Shown: piece after piece, positions 28,969 to 43,020 of the stretch
Position numbering within the stretch: the first letter of the stretch is position 1
How the letters are laid out: each line of letters starts with the position of its first letter
Assembly (NCBI RefSeq): GCF_002113885.1
Contig: NW_018408744.1
Coordinates: 59,965-123,964 of the forward strand
Direction: 5' to 3'
DNA length: 64,000 nt
Origin: Mizuhopecten yessoensis
Lineage: Eukaryota
Notes under the pieces: model-generated
The model's input: the letters and a program-made list of their open reading frames with translations, nothing else
What the model was told of the DNA's origin: nothing
Database searches by the model: none
Position numbers and translations under genes: made by a program

Positions 28969-31900
28969 GTTTGCACTACATATCCAGAGTTCACAAAGTT
29001 AAATAGTCACGCGAAACAGGAAAGGTGACTTTTTCAATAACACACATTTTTCATATCATAAAAAGAAATAGAGGGTGTGTTTCGATTGACACAGGTAATT
29101 CTATAAGACTGGTGACGGACAAAACTACGATTTAAACCACTTAAAATACGATTCGTCAGGATTCAGGAAGTTCACTGAAGCATGAAATAGACACCTCCCC
29201 ATGTCCCCACCATGGACATCAATTGAAGTACGGTTATACACAATGGACGTGCTCTGTCAGTCTATGTGTGGGGTAAATGAAGAGGGTTTGTGATTTAAAA
29301 ATTTGGAATTACTGTTCTTGTAATTGTGTCCGCACCGATAGATATACAGGTTTAACGGTACTAATTTCGACATCACTAGCACGGACTGCGGTTTAGTAAA
29401 GGTTTATGTTGGCCATAGAAAAGCGATAAGTGAGAGTATAATGAGTGCCTAACTCAACTCGATCCAGTTCATGTTAAGTGACCAATGGGATCTTACTACA
29501 AATTGTTGATGTGACTTATTACTCTACACCGACAAGCATAGCACGGGGTTGCATTTCTTGTTGATGTAATCATATTTTTGTGACCTTTTTGGTTTTATTT
29601 CATGTCTTAATTTTACGTTTGCATCAGAGCATGGCATGTTAAAGTTCATTCAGGTTCGAGTTTGTTGGTATTTATTTTCTACATCAAACCTAGAATTTAA
29701 CTGACGTCACAGGAAAAACAACGTGATATTACAGAACACATGTATTAATGAAGTATATGGCGCTGGAACAAACGCTCGTTATTTGCGTTTTCCCTACATG
29801 TTCCAAGACTGGTGGCGATGGCAGTGTTCGCGGAGGTCTAGTAAAAAATCATGGAGGTCTCGGATGTACGGTTGTACAGAAAGGACACTTACCAATAGAT
29901 CGATTTCACGCTGTGCATATCACTGAATGAGGTATTGGGGATGGGGGCACAGTGTACATAGACATAGGGCGGTAATCCGTTTACTTTGGTGTATTTGTAA
30001 ACGTACGAGATGAGAGAATCCAACCAGTACACCAGTCGCTATCATTAATTTCAAAGCCCCGTACATTGTCTAGTGTCTTATTACTTATCGCAGTCCATGA
30101 AACGGTCATCTAGGGAAGGAACTTGGAAAGTAAGGTGTGTAAATTATTCCAGTTCAATTTCAATTTTTAAATGCACATACTCTGATGATGATAAATTTGT
30201 CATTCACACCTAGGATATGATAGATAGCTAACAGGGGGTCATTCAAAGGTGTTATCGTATTGAAATAACCTTTAGCCGTACGTGCAATCTTGCCACCTGA
30301 TACTAACCCATGACAATCGTGTACAGCTTTATATATATACGTAATATATAACTCAATATATCAAAATCTGTCAAAACCCCACTTGACGAAGCTAGACCAT
30401 AGAACAGCTGACATGCTTACGTATGGCTTGTGAATATAATTGACGACACGTTTGGTTTCAATACCAAAGTAGGTCGAGTGTATGGGACGTATTTGGTCTC
30501 AATACCTATGCATAGGAACTTGACTCAATTATTTGTTAAAGGAAATTATCATTCTATAATTTTTTACACAATTAACAGTTCATATTGAAGTACTGAAAAT
30601 AATATAGCTAATTTGATATTCCGTCTTATCTTAAAGTGAAATCGATTGTGAATCTCTTTCACAAGGACATAAGAGTTCGTCAACATATCTGCTAAGGTTT
30701 GTCTCAGTTTGAATTTACATACCATTTAGAACATTAATACATACAAAAGGTTAATTTACATTGATCTTATGATATTTTAATAATATTGCACATTTACATA
30801 TTGTTTATACAGTAATTATAAAATTTGAAGTACTCAATGGACTCAGTATGATTCTGTATGACATATATTTACATACATGGATGTAATTTCTATAAAGGGC
30901 GCCAAGTCGTTACGCGTGTTCATAGACAACAGTAGTCACAGAGATTCAAACGTGGGAAAGCATGTCTGGAAAAGTATCTATAGCGACAATGTATATCACT
31001 GTATAGGAAGTATATACATTTTATTTAAAATAGTTTAAAACCCTTTTGCTTCGTATTGTGAAGACGCAAACGTAGACGGCATTGATGCAAATTTGATTTC
31101 ATGATTAAACATTTCGTAAGATAACGGAGCTGAAATGTGACTCACAAATACCTGTTCATAATACCAACTACTGCATCTAGTGTACAAAATTAGTTTTGGT
31201 GAAAAATAGTTTCTTTGAAGATCAAACCGTCGAAGTTACATGTAGCAAAGAATGCTTTCATCATCTTGTAGACACTTAACACCACCATAAATATATCAGA
31301 TCACAGGGAAACCTGTATGATAGAACGAATGTCAATACACAAGGGTACACGAAACGGTAACAATTTCCTAATTGACCGTAGTGCGCAGCTTATATAGAAC
31401 TAATTCTTCCATGGCAAACATGGAGAGTCCACTTAGGTTTATACCCATTCGACATCGGGGCTATGGCAAACATCCGTCTGACCTCTTCACATCCATGTGT
31501 AAACCCAGTAAAAAAAGGTCGCGTGTTTGACAAGGAGAAACAAATTGATTGTAAAAGAATACCCCTGCTAAATCGACAGGCAATTCATATGATCTCGCGT
31601 TCTGGGTTCGTAAAGGTTCCCGCCATAACTGCTGGAAGCAGACGACAACAGGACTTCAAAAGACAGTCGTAGTTGTTCATTGACATACAATTTATCAATA
31701 ACATTTAAAAGCAGGATAATATAAAACATCTTCTTTGACATTTTCATGAATATTGAAATTGTAAAAAAGTGTTCCTGCTAGAATTGTTATGACCGTCTCG
31801 TGGTAGCACAGACCCAACCACTACCATTACAGCAATATCTCAAAAGCCCACATCGGCATTGCGGTTGTTTATAAAAATGGCAAAATGATTGTCAAAATGT

Positions 31901-34900
31901 TCAGCTTTCAGTAACTGTACTGATAAAATATGTAATATTCTTAAAGATATGAGTTTCCAAAACGTAGACGTACCTACATTTGTATAGTATTTTAATTCCT
32001 TATAAAAGAACACATATATGTCCGAAATATGTCTATGACATACCGTGGTAAGATATCTAACCCTAGTATAAAGGAAGGAAGGAGCCGTTTTGCAAACAAA
32101 AACTGTGGATTGTTAACCGGTAAACATTATAGATAAAGGGTCCTTCTGAAACATATAATTTAAATGGATTTACAACAGTAATGCGTCTCGAGTCTTACCG
32201 ATATACGTAGGTCTACAACACATCCAATGAAACCCTAATCACGTGGTGACGTCATCAGCGTAACTTTAACAAGTGTTTATATACTAAAGTATGACACTAA
32301 GGTTATCGGTTTTATTCGTAGAACGTGTGAGTACATTGGTTTGAATGCAGATGTAGAACGTTTCAAATAAATTGTATACCTGTTCAAATAAAAATGATTT
32401 ACCTTTATTCAGAAAAATATTTTGGACTACAGCTTGAAAACACATGAAACGCAACTTTCGGGTGCATAGAGCTCCAATATTGAATACAGACATGCGCTGA
32501 AATGAGAGGAGTTAGAACACAGATGCATTTCAAGTCGAACGATCTGGAAACAAAACTTAAATCGGACCCTGTAAACGACCAAACCCTTTATGACAGCGTG
32601 TAGTACGCTTTTATTGATTATACCTCCGTCTGGTGCTTCCGTTAGAAACATGCTGTAAGCGGATTACCTGACAACAAACGGACTTATGTAAAAAGGACAC
32701 GTATGACGTAACAGACGGTTGGATCATCAATGCTTAATGCCCATTAACATCTCAATCAAGTCGGTAAATCTACCATACCTCGTATGTGTACATAGAAGAG
32801 GTTGACCGCTGTACCGTACCGAAATATTTATCGACTAATTATGCTTTGCTTGTATCCAAAAGATCGTTATTCGATATATATGCGAAAACATGGCGACATC
32901 ACTGAGAATATTGCTTGAATGCGCTCGTATCCTGTTACGGAGGCAACGGACCATACGATAGGCAATAAAGCCATAAAGCATTCTAGAGGCCTTTGATATA
33001 AAGCTTTCATTTTAGGACAATAACGGTGAAAAATATTAATAAATAAATTGCAATTAATGCAATGAAAATAAAATCAATTTCAAACATTTCCCAATTGGTA
33101 TCCCGAACTCAACCATGAACTACAAATCAATATTTTACTCAAGGTATTATCCTTGCGGGTAAGTTTAAATTACTTATTGATTGTAACGAGAAATAAGCGA
33201 TTGTAATCGTGCCCTACATCAAAAAAAAAATGCCCTCCAATCACAGGATATAACTCTACAATTAAATCGTCTCACAGAGATAACAGTTAACAAACTTACG
33301 TACCCCTCTCCTCTTTTACCAAATTCACATACTACTGTAATATTGTTCAAGACCTACGTTAACTTAGCCCTAGATGTAGCACCTCAGGACAATCACATCA
33401 TCAATACCTGCTCAGGGTCTGCAACTTAGGGTCCTGATCTACACCCATGCTACCCTACCCCAAAGCAACTGCCATGTTGCCTGACATACCTGACGAATGC
33501 TACATTGAAGTCGGTGTATCGGATCGCAGCATAACGCACGTCACGGATGGACGGGACGCAGCCCGTCTCCACTATTGCTGTCATCTGACGTCAATAATTG
33601 ATGGGATAACCTACAGTATCCGGAACGTTCCTGAAGGTGAATTAATATGTATTTCCAGTTCCAGGTACACAAAACAGCCGTGTCTGTACTCAGGCTTTGC
33701 ATGAACCGTGGAGTTTAGATCACGACGTCAGGATTAGTCGTCTGTGACACTACATACCTGTGTTCCAGAGTGAAGTCTACATGTAACCGTTACCTATCGA
33801 TCTGTAGTCAGATCGATTGAGCGTAACTGTCAAAATTCCAATGTGTTCAAATTCTTCAAATGTGGTCAAAATCGATACAAAATAGCCGTAAAGTAAATAG
33901 CAGGATTACCCTCTACCGAATGGTTAATATTTAGGCGTGCCATTAATAAAGCCCCGATACCTAACGTTTAAACACGTGCTTTTATAAGCTTACGCCATGA
34001 CGTAATATATACTGAAATTCGATCTGATGGTTATCTTTCCGTTGACATTACAGATTATTCTTGGTAAAAGTATACATTACGAGTTCTGGCGACAGTGGTA
34101 CCTCGACTAAAACCCTCGGTTTGTCGCTTACTTTTGTTTTATGGGTTGCGATACCTAGGTATTCCCATTGAAATGTTCATGTACAATCAATAGCCTGTAT
34201 GTTGGAAGGTTCGACGTATATAGTGTTACCCTAATATAAAAATACTCGTTTCATTTATAAGTTATATTAAAACGATGAATGGACTCAATTTCGTTTTATA
34301 AGTCAGGGTGAATCTCTGTCTACGTGTATTTTGCTACCATTAACACTACATTATTCTTACGGTCGGGAGAATCTCAACTCAAACCAGCCCGTCTTCCAAG
34401 TGCAGACAAGAAGGATTACAAAAGCATATCTTTGCATATTGTTAAGTAGCGTTCTAGGGCGTGTTGGTTTGGTACAGGTGCAATACGACACAGACAGGAA
34501 CCAAATAGCTACAAACTTTAACACACCTCAGATAACCATATTTTATAAATAAAAGTATGTAGGTTAACATTCCAGTCCTATTCGCATAGTATACATAAAC
34601 ATTCTAATTCTCTTCATAGGTCCTCATAGTGTTGTTTTACACATGTAAAACGAGAAAGTGCTGTCATGCCCCTAAAACACAACCACCCTGCAACACCGAT
34701 ACCGCAAATATCGGTTGTCTGCGAGTAATATAATGTCGACAAAAGCTGTTAAAGCTGTTCTATTTACATGTACAAATTCTACACGAGGTACCTACCTATA
34801 TATGGGAATTTAGGACACTTACTTTGACTAAATTTTGTGAGCTTTATTATAGAAAGTTTTCTTTCACATTGACGTAAATTGTCTTTCAATAGCAATGCAA

Positions 34901-35237
34901 CATATCGTTTAACTCTGTCTATATTTAGTTGAATTGAAACTATATAAGTTTATTCATTATTTTCAAAATAACAAATTATTACACAAGATTAACAAAACAT
35001 GTATTGACAAAATAGATTCAGTAACATGATGTTTATATGCAAATGCCCCTACGTTTAAAGTACTGTAATACATAATGTATGTAGTGGTCAGAAGGCTTCG
35101 GACAAAATATCTGTGTGATGATAAATCAGTGTGTGCCACTGGGGTAGATTAAAGTTAAGTGTAAGTTATATGTACATGTTCAGACAACAGCTCCTGGTGG
35201 ACGTCGTGCGTGTTGCTGAATACTAAATAGTGTCCCA

Positions 35238-36455
35238 AGGGGAGTCTAACAAAGCCAGCACACAAATAGTGTTCCCGGGGGAGTCTAACAAAGCCAGCAC
35301 ACAAATAGAGTTCCCGGGAGAGTCTAACAAAGCCAGCACACAAATAGAGTTCCCGGGGGAGTCTAACAAAGCCAGCACACAAATAGAGTTCCCGGGGGAG
35401 TCTAACAAAGCCAGCACACAAATAGAGTTCCCGGGGGAGTCTAACAAAGCCAGCACACAAATAGAGTTCCCGGGGGAGTCTAACAAAGCCAGCACACAAA
35501 TAGAGTTCCCGGGGGAGTCTAACAAAGCCAGCACACAAATAGAGTTCCCGGGGGAGTCTAACAAAGCCAGCACACAAATAGAGTTCCCGGGGGAGTCCAA
35601 CAAAGCCAGCACACAAATAGAGTTCCCGGGGGAGTCCAACAAAGTCATTATACAAATAGTGTTCCAGGGGGAGTCTATCAAAGCCAACATACAAATAGTG
35701 TTCCATGGGAAGTCTAACAAAGCCAGCACACAAAAAGTGTTCCATGGGGAGTCTAACAAAGTCAGCACAAAAATACTGTTCCAAGTGGAGTCTAACAAAG
35801 CCAGCACACAAATAGAGATCCCGGGGGAGTCTAGCAAAGCCAGCACACAAATAGTGTTCCATGGGGAGTCTAACAAAGCCAGCACACAAATAGGGGTCCC
35901 GGTGGAGTCTAACAAAGCCAGCACACAAATAGGGGTCCCGGTGGAGTCTAACAAAGCCAGCACACAAATAGGGGTCCCGGTGGAGTCTAACAAAGCCAGC
36001 ATACAAATAGGGTTCCCGGGGAGACAAACAAAGCCAGCACACAAATAGAGTTCCCGGGGGATTCCAACAAAGTCATTATACAAATAGTGTTCCAGGGGGA
36101 GTCTAACAAAGCCAGCACACAAATAGTGTTCCCGGGGGAGTCTAACAAAGCCAGCACACAAACAGAGATCCCGGTGGAGTCTAACAAATCAGCATACAAA
36201 TAGGGTTCCCGGGGAGTCAAACAAAGCCAGCACACAAATAGAGTTCCCGGGGGAGTCTAACAAAGCCAGCACACAAATAGAGTTCCCGGGGGAGTCCAAC
36301 AAAGTCAGCATACAAATAGAGTTCCCGAGGGAGTCTAACAAAGCCAGCACACAAATAGAGTTCCCGGGGGAGTCCAACAAAGTCAGCATACAAATAGAGT
36401 TTCCAGGGGAGTCTAACAAAGCCAGTACACAAATTGAGTTCCCGGAGGTGTCCAA
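35238..36455. repeat. 39-bp minisatellite, ~31 copies
   Basis: Unit gggggagtctaacaaagccagcacacaaatagagttccc. Explains the overlapping 272-312 aa repetitive ORFs. Confidence 0.95.
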
Positions 36456-38233
36456 AAAAGTCAGCCCCCGACCTACACGTCTCGTTGTTATCATGTTGTG
36501 TGACAAAAACTTTACTTTGCAGATATTTAAAACTTAAACAGATTCCACGGCTTGAATAAGCAATGCCTTAATGCATAATGGATGAAATAGCTTAGCCACA
36601 CACTTCAGAAAGTATGAAGGCTTTGTAAGTTTTGCAAGGATTCGCCAAGGAGCAAGTTTATATGTATTTGCATTTGGATCTTTCACCATAATCTCCCACC
36701 CAGTGTTTAGATGACACTACACTCTTGATAGGAAAGCGAATATAGTTATTACACAAAGAAAGGCAGTCAAATCTCGTACTTGACCTCAATGTGATTGCTC
36801 CAAAGTGTCCTGTTTGGGCAGCTTTAATGTATGAAAATGTCATTTCAGAAATTTGAAATGTCGCTATACGAATGATTCGTCTCTGCATGACTCCCCAAGA
36901 CATGCACCGATATCAGTATGTAATCACACTTCTTGATAAGATATCTGGGGTAGTTTCATACAACTACACTCATTTATAATTAGCGGTCTGACATGTATTT
37001 GACGCGCTGCCATACAGCACTATCACTGACGACAAGGCCACGACGTTATAAATGTGGCAATGTCAGTTCGCACTGTTTCCGGAATGTCTGTCCAATATAT
37101 GAGAATACATGTAGAAACGCACTACTACTTAATTTTCGATATATGGTAACATTTCGAGTCACAACATTTAGTGCTCTTTGACATTTCCAATTTTACTTCT
37201 TATACAAAGTCGTGGGTAAACTTTGGTTGTTTTCGTCCCGTGTCAATATGTGCGTAAATAAAGCACCTTACTTCTCTCTATATAAATCATGTATATAGTT
37301 ATCCAATATATGAGTCGACTAGGAACCTTCTAATGTGTTGTCTATGTATTCGCAAATTTAATTGCAAATTTCTTCTCAACCTAATTTGGACCTCCGTCAT
37401 ATTACTACTGTACTTGATCGATAGCATGTCGAGTGAGAATGGATAGCCCTTTACAGTCTTAAGTTTATCAACTGATCAACAAAGAAAAACAGACTTTTAC
37501 AAACAACAATTGTCGTATCGTTTAAAAGACTGTTTTAACAAATCGCTACACATTTTGGACGCCTGTCAATATATTGACACAGAATGATATTAGATTGGTT
37601 TTACATTACGTAACCTTACTCCTTTTCCGATTAATCCGGCGTAAACATGTCCAATAAAACGTGGATGTAAAAGATAACCACAGTAGGCCATATTGTCGCG
37701 TGCCGCTACGTATGTATCCCGATTCTAATTGACACAGACATGTCAGAAACCACAAATATTTAGATGTCCATTCTTTTATTTATTTTACGATGAAAAAAAA
37801 TCACGTTACTGTAAGGTATGCTCCAGGCAACGTCGATTAATTAACTTTTAATTGAAACGTCGTGCAGGTAAATATTTATATTAGATGTAACAAGATAAAG
37901 TCAGTAGTAAAACGTGTCAATAGAATCAAAGTCTACCTAGGTTCTTCCCAGTGAATGGATTACCGCCCTATGTCTATTTTTACTAGTACTGTGCCCCTTC
38001 GGTTAAGGGTGTCAGGAGCGCGTGCTATGACGTCATATTTGTGAACATACCCAAGTACCTATTTTAAAAGGTATTTGAGTAAAATGTGCAGATGTAAGAA
38101 AATGATCAAATATTACTTATGATATAAGGATAGGGGTTGGATGCACTTTTCTGTGTTGCCAACAATACGTAGACAATTAAAAGTCACATTCATGTCTTTG
38201 ATACTGAAGACAATTCCTCAGTGAGGAGCTCTC

Positions 38234-38341
38234 CTTAGCTGATGCCGTGGCCACTAGAAGACCAGTGTTAAATCTCTTAGCTGATGCCGTGGCCACTTAA
38301 AGACTAGTGTTTAATATCTTAGCTGATGCCGTGGCCACTAA
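38234..38341. repeat. 42-bp tandem repeat, ~2.5 copies
   Basis: cttagctgatgccgtggccact occurs three times at ~42-bp spacing. Confidence 0.85.
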
Positions 38342-39149
38342 AAGAGCAGCCACCTTTACGCTTTAACACATTGCTTATTGTGACACATCCAATGCTACTA
38401 CAAGACTTATCATACACCGCGCTGATACCGTCATCGTGTGTCTTAATCCAAGCTAAGTAAGGTGTTCCCAGGCAGATAACATGTGATCCCACTAACACTA
38501 CAGTGTGGGTGCGGGACTCCCAAGAACCCATATAAGTACGCCACAGAAAGAACGTCGGTACAGGTCGGCACTGCGATTCGTCGATCTGAATAAACACACA
38601 TACCTTCGGTACTCATATGTCTAAACAATCAAAAAGCCCTACGGAACAGGTCGTCAGTCTAAATAAAGTGCTTAGTTAAAGTATACCCGAGAGTTTGATA
38701 TGAACAATAATTTACCTTTGGTATTCTTTAGTTTCCATGGGTAAATTTTAATAATCTATTTTAAGCTCAGCACGAATGTTAGTGATTCTTTCTCTATTTT
38801 CGGTACCGAGGCTGTACCAGTCTCAGTAAAACTTCGGTTAACTTGAGGAGTTAATTAAGTCTCTATCCCTAAAAGACTATAATACCAATGTCTAACCACC
38901 CTCGACAAAACCTAGGTAGCTATCGGTGTGGTTATGAAACCAATAAACCGACAAACTTGTCCACTCTAACGTGAGTGACATGTATGAGGTATAGTTTACG
39001 GACGCTTGAAGCCGCGGTCAAACTGAAGTGCTTCAGACTGTTTATACAGGAATCTACACGAAAGTCAACAGGACTGCCTTCAACGTATATATGCTGTGTC
39101 CTAGCCCAGTCTTTAGATGGTACATGCCGGGAAACAAGAGCTCATCCAC

Positions 39150-39365
39150 TTCAGACAAAACCGGTCAGTCTCCGAAATGGTCAGACAAAATTGGTCAGTC
39201 TCGGACATGGTCAGTAAAAAACCCGGTCAGTATCAGACATGGTCCGACAAAACCGGTCAGAGTCAGACATGGTCAGTCTATAACTGATCAGTCTCAGACA
39301 TAAGCAGCTAAAACTGGTCAGTCTCAGACATAAGCAGCTAAAACTGGTCAGTATCGGACATGGCC
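39150..39365. repeat. 30-bp minisatellite, ~7 copies
   Basis: Unit cagacaaaaccggtcagtctcagacatggt. Confidence 0.88.
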
Positions 39366-39689
39366 ATGGACCATTCAACTGCTATTTTAGTAGTCGGTTC
39401 AAACATTTAAGATTCTGTATGTTCGCAAGCAAATTCACGTGTAAGGTACAGACATATACGTAAACGCACTCTAAGGTTCCTAGGCCACGGTTAGACCCTA
39501 ACTATCATCAGGAGACAAGCTTCGTTGACGGTTCGTCATGTTCTATGTCCCTTTAGACCTTCTTTAGAGCATTTTTATTAGAAGACAGGTCTTGTTGACA
39601 GGCTCTTTTTCGGCTCCCTAGTCTAGGCATTCTTTGAGAACTACCCATGACTAAGATACAAGTATTCTGTATATTTGTTTTAGTTCATA

Positions 39690-40241
39690 AACCTCATTTA
39701 GACCTTTCCTAGGCTTAGAAGAAAAGACATGATGGCAGTTTTTAAGTTCCTAGACCTGATTTAGACCTTCACTAGGCTTAGAAAAAGCGACTTGAGGGCG
39801 GATTTTAAGTTCCTAGAACTGATGTAGACCTTACCTAGGCTTAGAATATATACTTGATGACAGTTTTTAAGTTTCTAGACCTGATTTAGACCTTACCTAG
39901 GGTTAAGATACCAGCCTTGTTGACGGTTTTGAAGTTCCTATACCTGATTTAGACCTTACCTAGGCTTAGAAGATAGACTTGATGACGGTTTTTAAGTTTC
40001 TAGACCTGATTTAGACCTTACCTAGGGTTAAGATACCAGCCTTGTTGACGGGTTTGAAGTTCCTATACCTGATTTAGACCTTACGTAAGCTTAGAAGATA
40101 GACTTGATGACGGTTTTGAAGTTCCTAGACCTGATTTCGACCTTACCTAGGGTTAAGATACCAGCTTTGTTGACGGTTTTGAAGTTCCTATACCGCTTTT
40201 AGACCTTACCTAGGGTTAAGATACCAGCCTTGTTGACGGTT
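39690..40241. repeat. 62/63-bp satellite with alternating A/B units (~125-bp dimer)
   Basis: Core ttagaccttacctagg followed alternately by cttagaagatagacttgatgacgg or gttaagataccagccttgttgacgg. Degenerate copies extend back to ~39475. Confidence 0.9.
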
Positions 40242-41565
40242 CTTTACGTTTCACTGTTTGAGTCAAGAACACAGTGACACTGCAATAACACCACTTACAG
40301 ATGTTACGAGCCCAACAATACAAAAAGTCTCCAATATGTACTCAGACTAAATCCCATATAACTCTCCTCTCGACTAATGCACTGTTTTGGAGACCGATTC
40401 TTATGAGGGTATGATAAACAAATAGACCAACTGTTAAAATTTCAATTAATTTGTCTGAGTTAGTGTTGTTTGCCCTGGCTTATTTGAGAGTCATTGAGCA
40501 GTGTATAGCAACTGATACTCTGTCAATACACAAAACAACTGGTAAAATAAGCAACTGTCCGCCTACTATTATACTTTTAGGTATATCGTCTGTCAAAGGG
40601 CAAAAAACCTGGATGTACAGTGTATCTTTCTATTAGCCGACTAAACGGCTGAGTAATTACAGGTAAACCATATTCAGGTAAGAATAATACCTTCAGTCAA
40701 CAATGTTTTAATTTCTTGAATAAATCTCACAGTAAAAAAAAAGTTTGAAACGACGACAGTTAAATTTCTGTAATATATTCAAATCTATGTGGTTGGAATT
40801 TTATTGTTGTTGAAAGGCCTATGGCTTCAATCGGGATCGTCTTGTTTAGAATTTAAATGTCTTATTCAAAAGACGTTAAGGACTAAAGCTCTTTATAAAT
40901 GAAGTAAGTTATTCACCAGACAGTGGGGTGTATATTAAGTTGTGGGAGACTCATTGGTAGATGAACTTCACAACACCATAGGAAACCTCAGTATGGTCTA
41001 TACTAGTCACGTTATGTTGTTTACCAGACCCCGTGTGCTATATACTAGACATGTGTGTTATAAACCAGGCCTGTATGTTATATACTAGATCTGTGTCTTA
41101 TATACTAGACCTCTATGTTATATACTAGACCTTTATGTTATATACCAGACCCTGTGTGCTATATACTAGACATGTGTGTTATAAACTAGGCCTGTATGTT
41201 ATATACTAGATCTGTATCTTATATACTAGACCTTTATGTTATATACCAGACCCTGTGTGCTATATACTAGACATGTGTGTTATAAACCAGGCCTGTATGT
41301 TATATACTAGATCTGTATCTTATATATTAGACCTTTATTCTGTATCTTATTCACTATACCCTGTATGTTATATACTAGACATGTACGTTATATACTAGAC
41401 ATGTATGGTATATACTAGACCCCGTATGTTTTCACTATACCCTGTATGTTATATACTAGACTTGAATGTTATATACTAGACCTGTATGTTATATACTAGA
41501 TCTGTATGTAATATACTAGACATGTATGCTACATTGTATACACAATACCCCGTATGTTACATGTA

Positions 41566-41919
41566 TTTATCACATACCTGTTGAATCTTATTATAGTAAT
41601 ACAAGCAATTTCCAGACCATGAAATACAACGTTCTGTATTGCACATGTGCAGCCGGAATAACTTTTTGGTGGAATCCCCTTGTCATGGCCAACTGAAAAG
41701 TTCCCGGTATTTTCAAAAAAAAATCAAAGTTTGTAAAATCTTTGTATCGATCTCTACCAAATACGGAAGGTATGTGATAAAAGCAAGACCACACACTTGT
41801 GTTTTTCTAACGAATCAGAAAGTACTCATTTATTGCGAGAACGTATATATTCACTGTGCGCTCCGCGCACTCGTGAATACTTTCTGATTCGTTAGAAAAA
41901 CACAAGTGTGTGGTCTTGC
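41566..41919. mobile_element. Non-autonomous fold-back element (short IR pair plus terminal palindrome)
   Basis: 14-bp IR tttatcacatacct (41566-41579) / aggtatgtgataaa (41768-41781), then perfect 42-bp arms at 41783-41824 / 41878-41919. Sits inside a minisatellite. Confidence 0.75.
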
Positions 41920-42098
41920 ATATATTCTATACCATGTATGTTATATACAATGTACTAGACACAGTATGTTATAAGACTCCGTATGATACAAATGTATATA
42001 CATGTTCTATATACTGTACAATATACACTAGACTGTGTTATATCTCAGACCTCGTATGATAAATATTATATCATATACAATATACACTAGACCCTGTC

Positions 42099-42496
42099 TA
42101 TTAGATGAAACACATTTCCCCCACATTCTCTGTGTTAGGTTACATTTTCACGTCCAGGTCAGTGGTTTGATATTGACTTGGTATTACCATTTTTTAGAAA
42201 CAGCAGGTTAATGTTCACTTCATGACGACATTTCAATTGTAACGTCATAATGCTCTCTGCTAAATGTAGTACTTTCCTCCGTTTAATTTATATACATTTT
42301 GTACGTTCCAACTTGTTTAATGATAAAAGCATTATTAAGCATCTAATTTAACAATTAAGGACTTTTATTTCGGTGAATATGTCGCTATATGGACATGAGA
42401 AAGAGATATTAACCGAGGCAAAGTCGAAGTCAATATCACTTTCTCATGTTCATGTAACCACATATTCACCTCAATAATAGTCTATAATGTATTAGA
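42099..42496. mobile_element. Non-autonomous fold-back element with a 7-bp flanking direct repeat
   Basis: Imperfect palindrome 42354-42488 centred on ccgaggcaaagtcgaag. Short IR attagatg (42100-42107) / catctaat (42340-42347). tattaga at 42099-42105 and 42490-42496. Confidence 0.7.
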
Positions 42497-43020
42497 CCCT
42501 ATATGTTACATACTAGGCATGTATGCTATTCCCGAGACCCTGTTTGTTGTATACTAGATCCAATAAATAGATGTATGATATTAACGTATCATATCCGATG
42601 ATATTCGTTAACAAAATATAATGACCACATTTTATCATTGTTATCAACCTTATGGTATCTCAATATCAGATCTAATACTACATATGTTTTATAATTGGTT
42701 TACTTAGTGATTCGGTAGAGACAATCAAAAGTAAATCGCTGTTACTGTGAAGAAGTTTAAAATTTCGATAATCATTTTTGTATTAAAATTGAGCCTGATG
42801 TAGTGGCCGAGTGATGATCGAGTTACCAGCTTATAACCCACAGCCATTGTACGGCGCCATATTGAATTACACCAGATAGCATTCAGTGAGTTACCGATAT
42901 ATCAAAAAATCATTTACATGAGTCAGAACATTATTTTATACCAATCAAATTATGAAATTTAATCCAATATTTTTAACGATCCAATGAGTGTATGTATTAT
43001 CAGGGTGGTCGGGTGGTGCA

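Larger units (their letters stand above)
40995..42560. repeat. ~20-bp minisatellite interrupted by two insertions
   Basis: Unit tatactagacctgtatgtta in blocks ~40995-41560, ~41925-42100 and ~42490-42560. Confidence 0.9.

Noticed and set aside
35155-36506. 272-312 aa repetitive ORFs
   Set aside because: A 39-bp tandem array open in three frames on two strands, with no flanking exon evidence.
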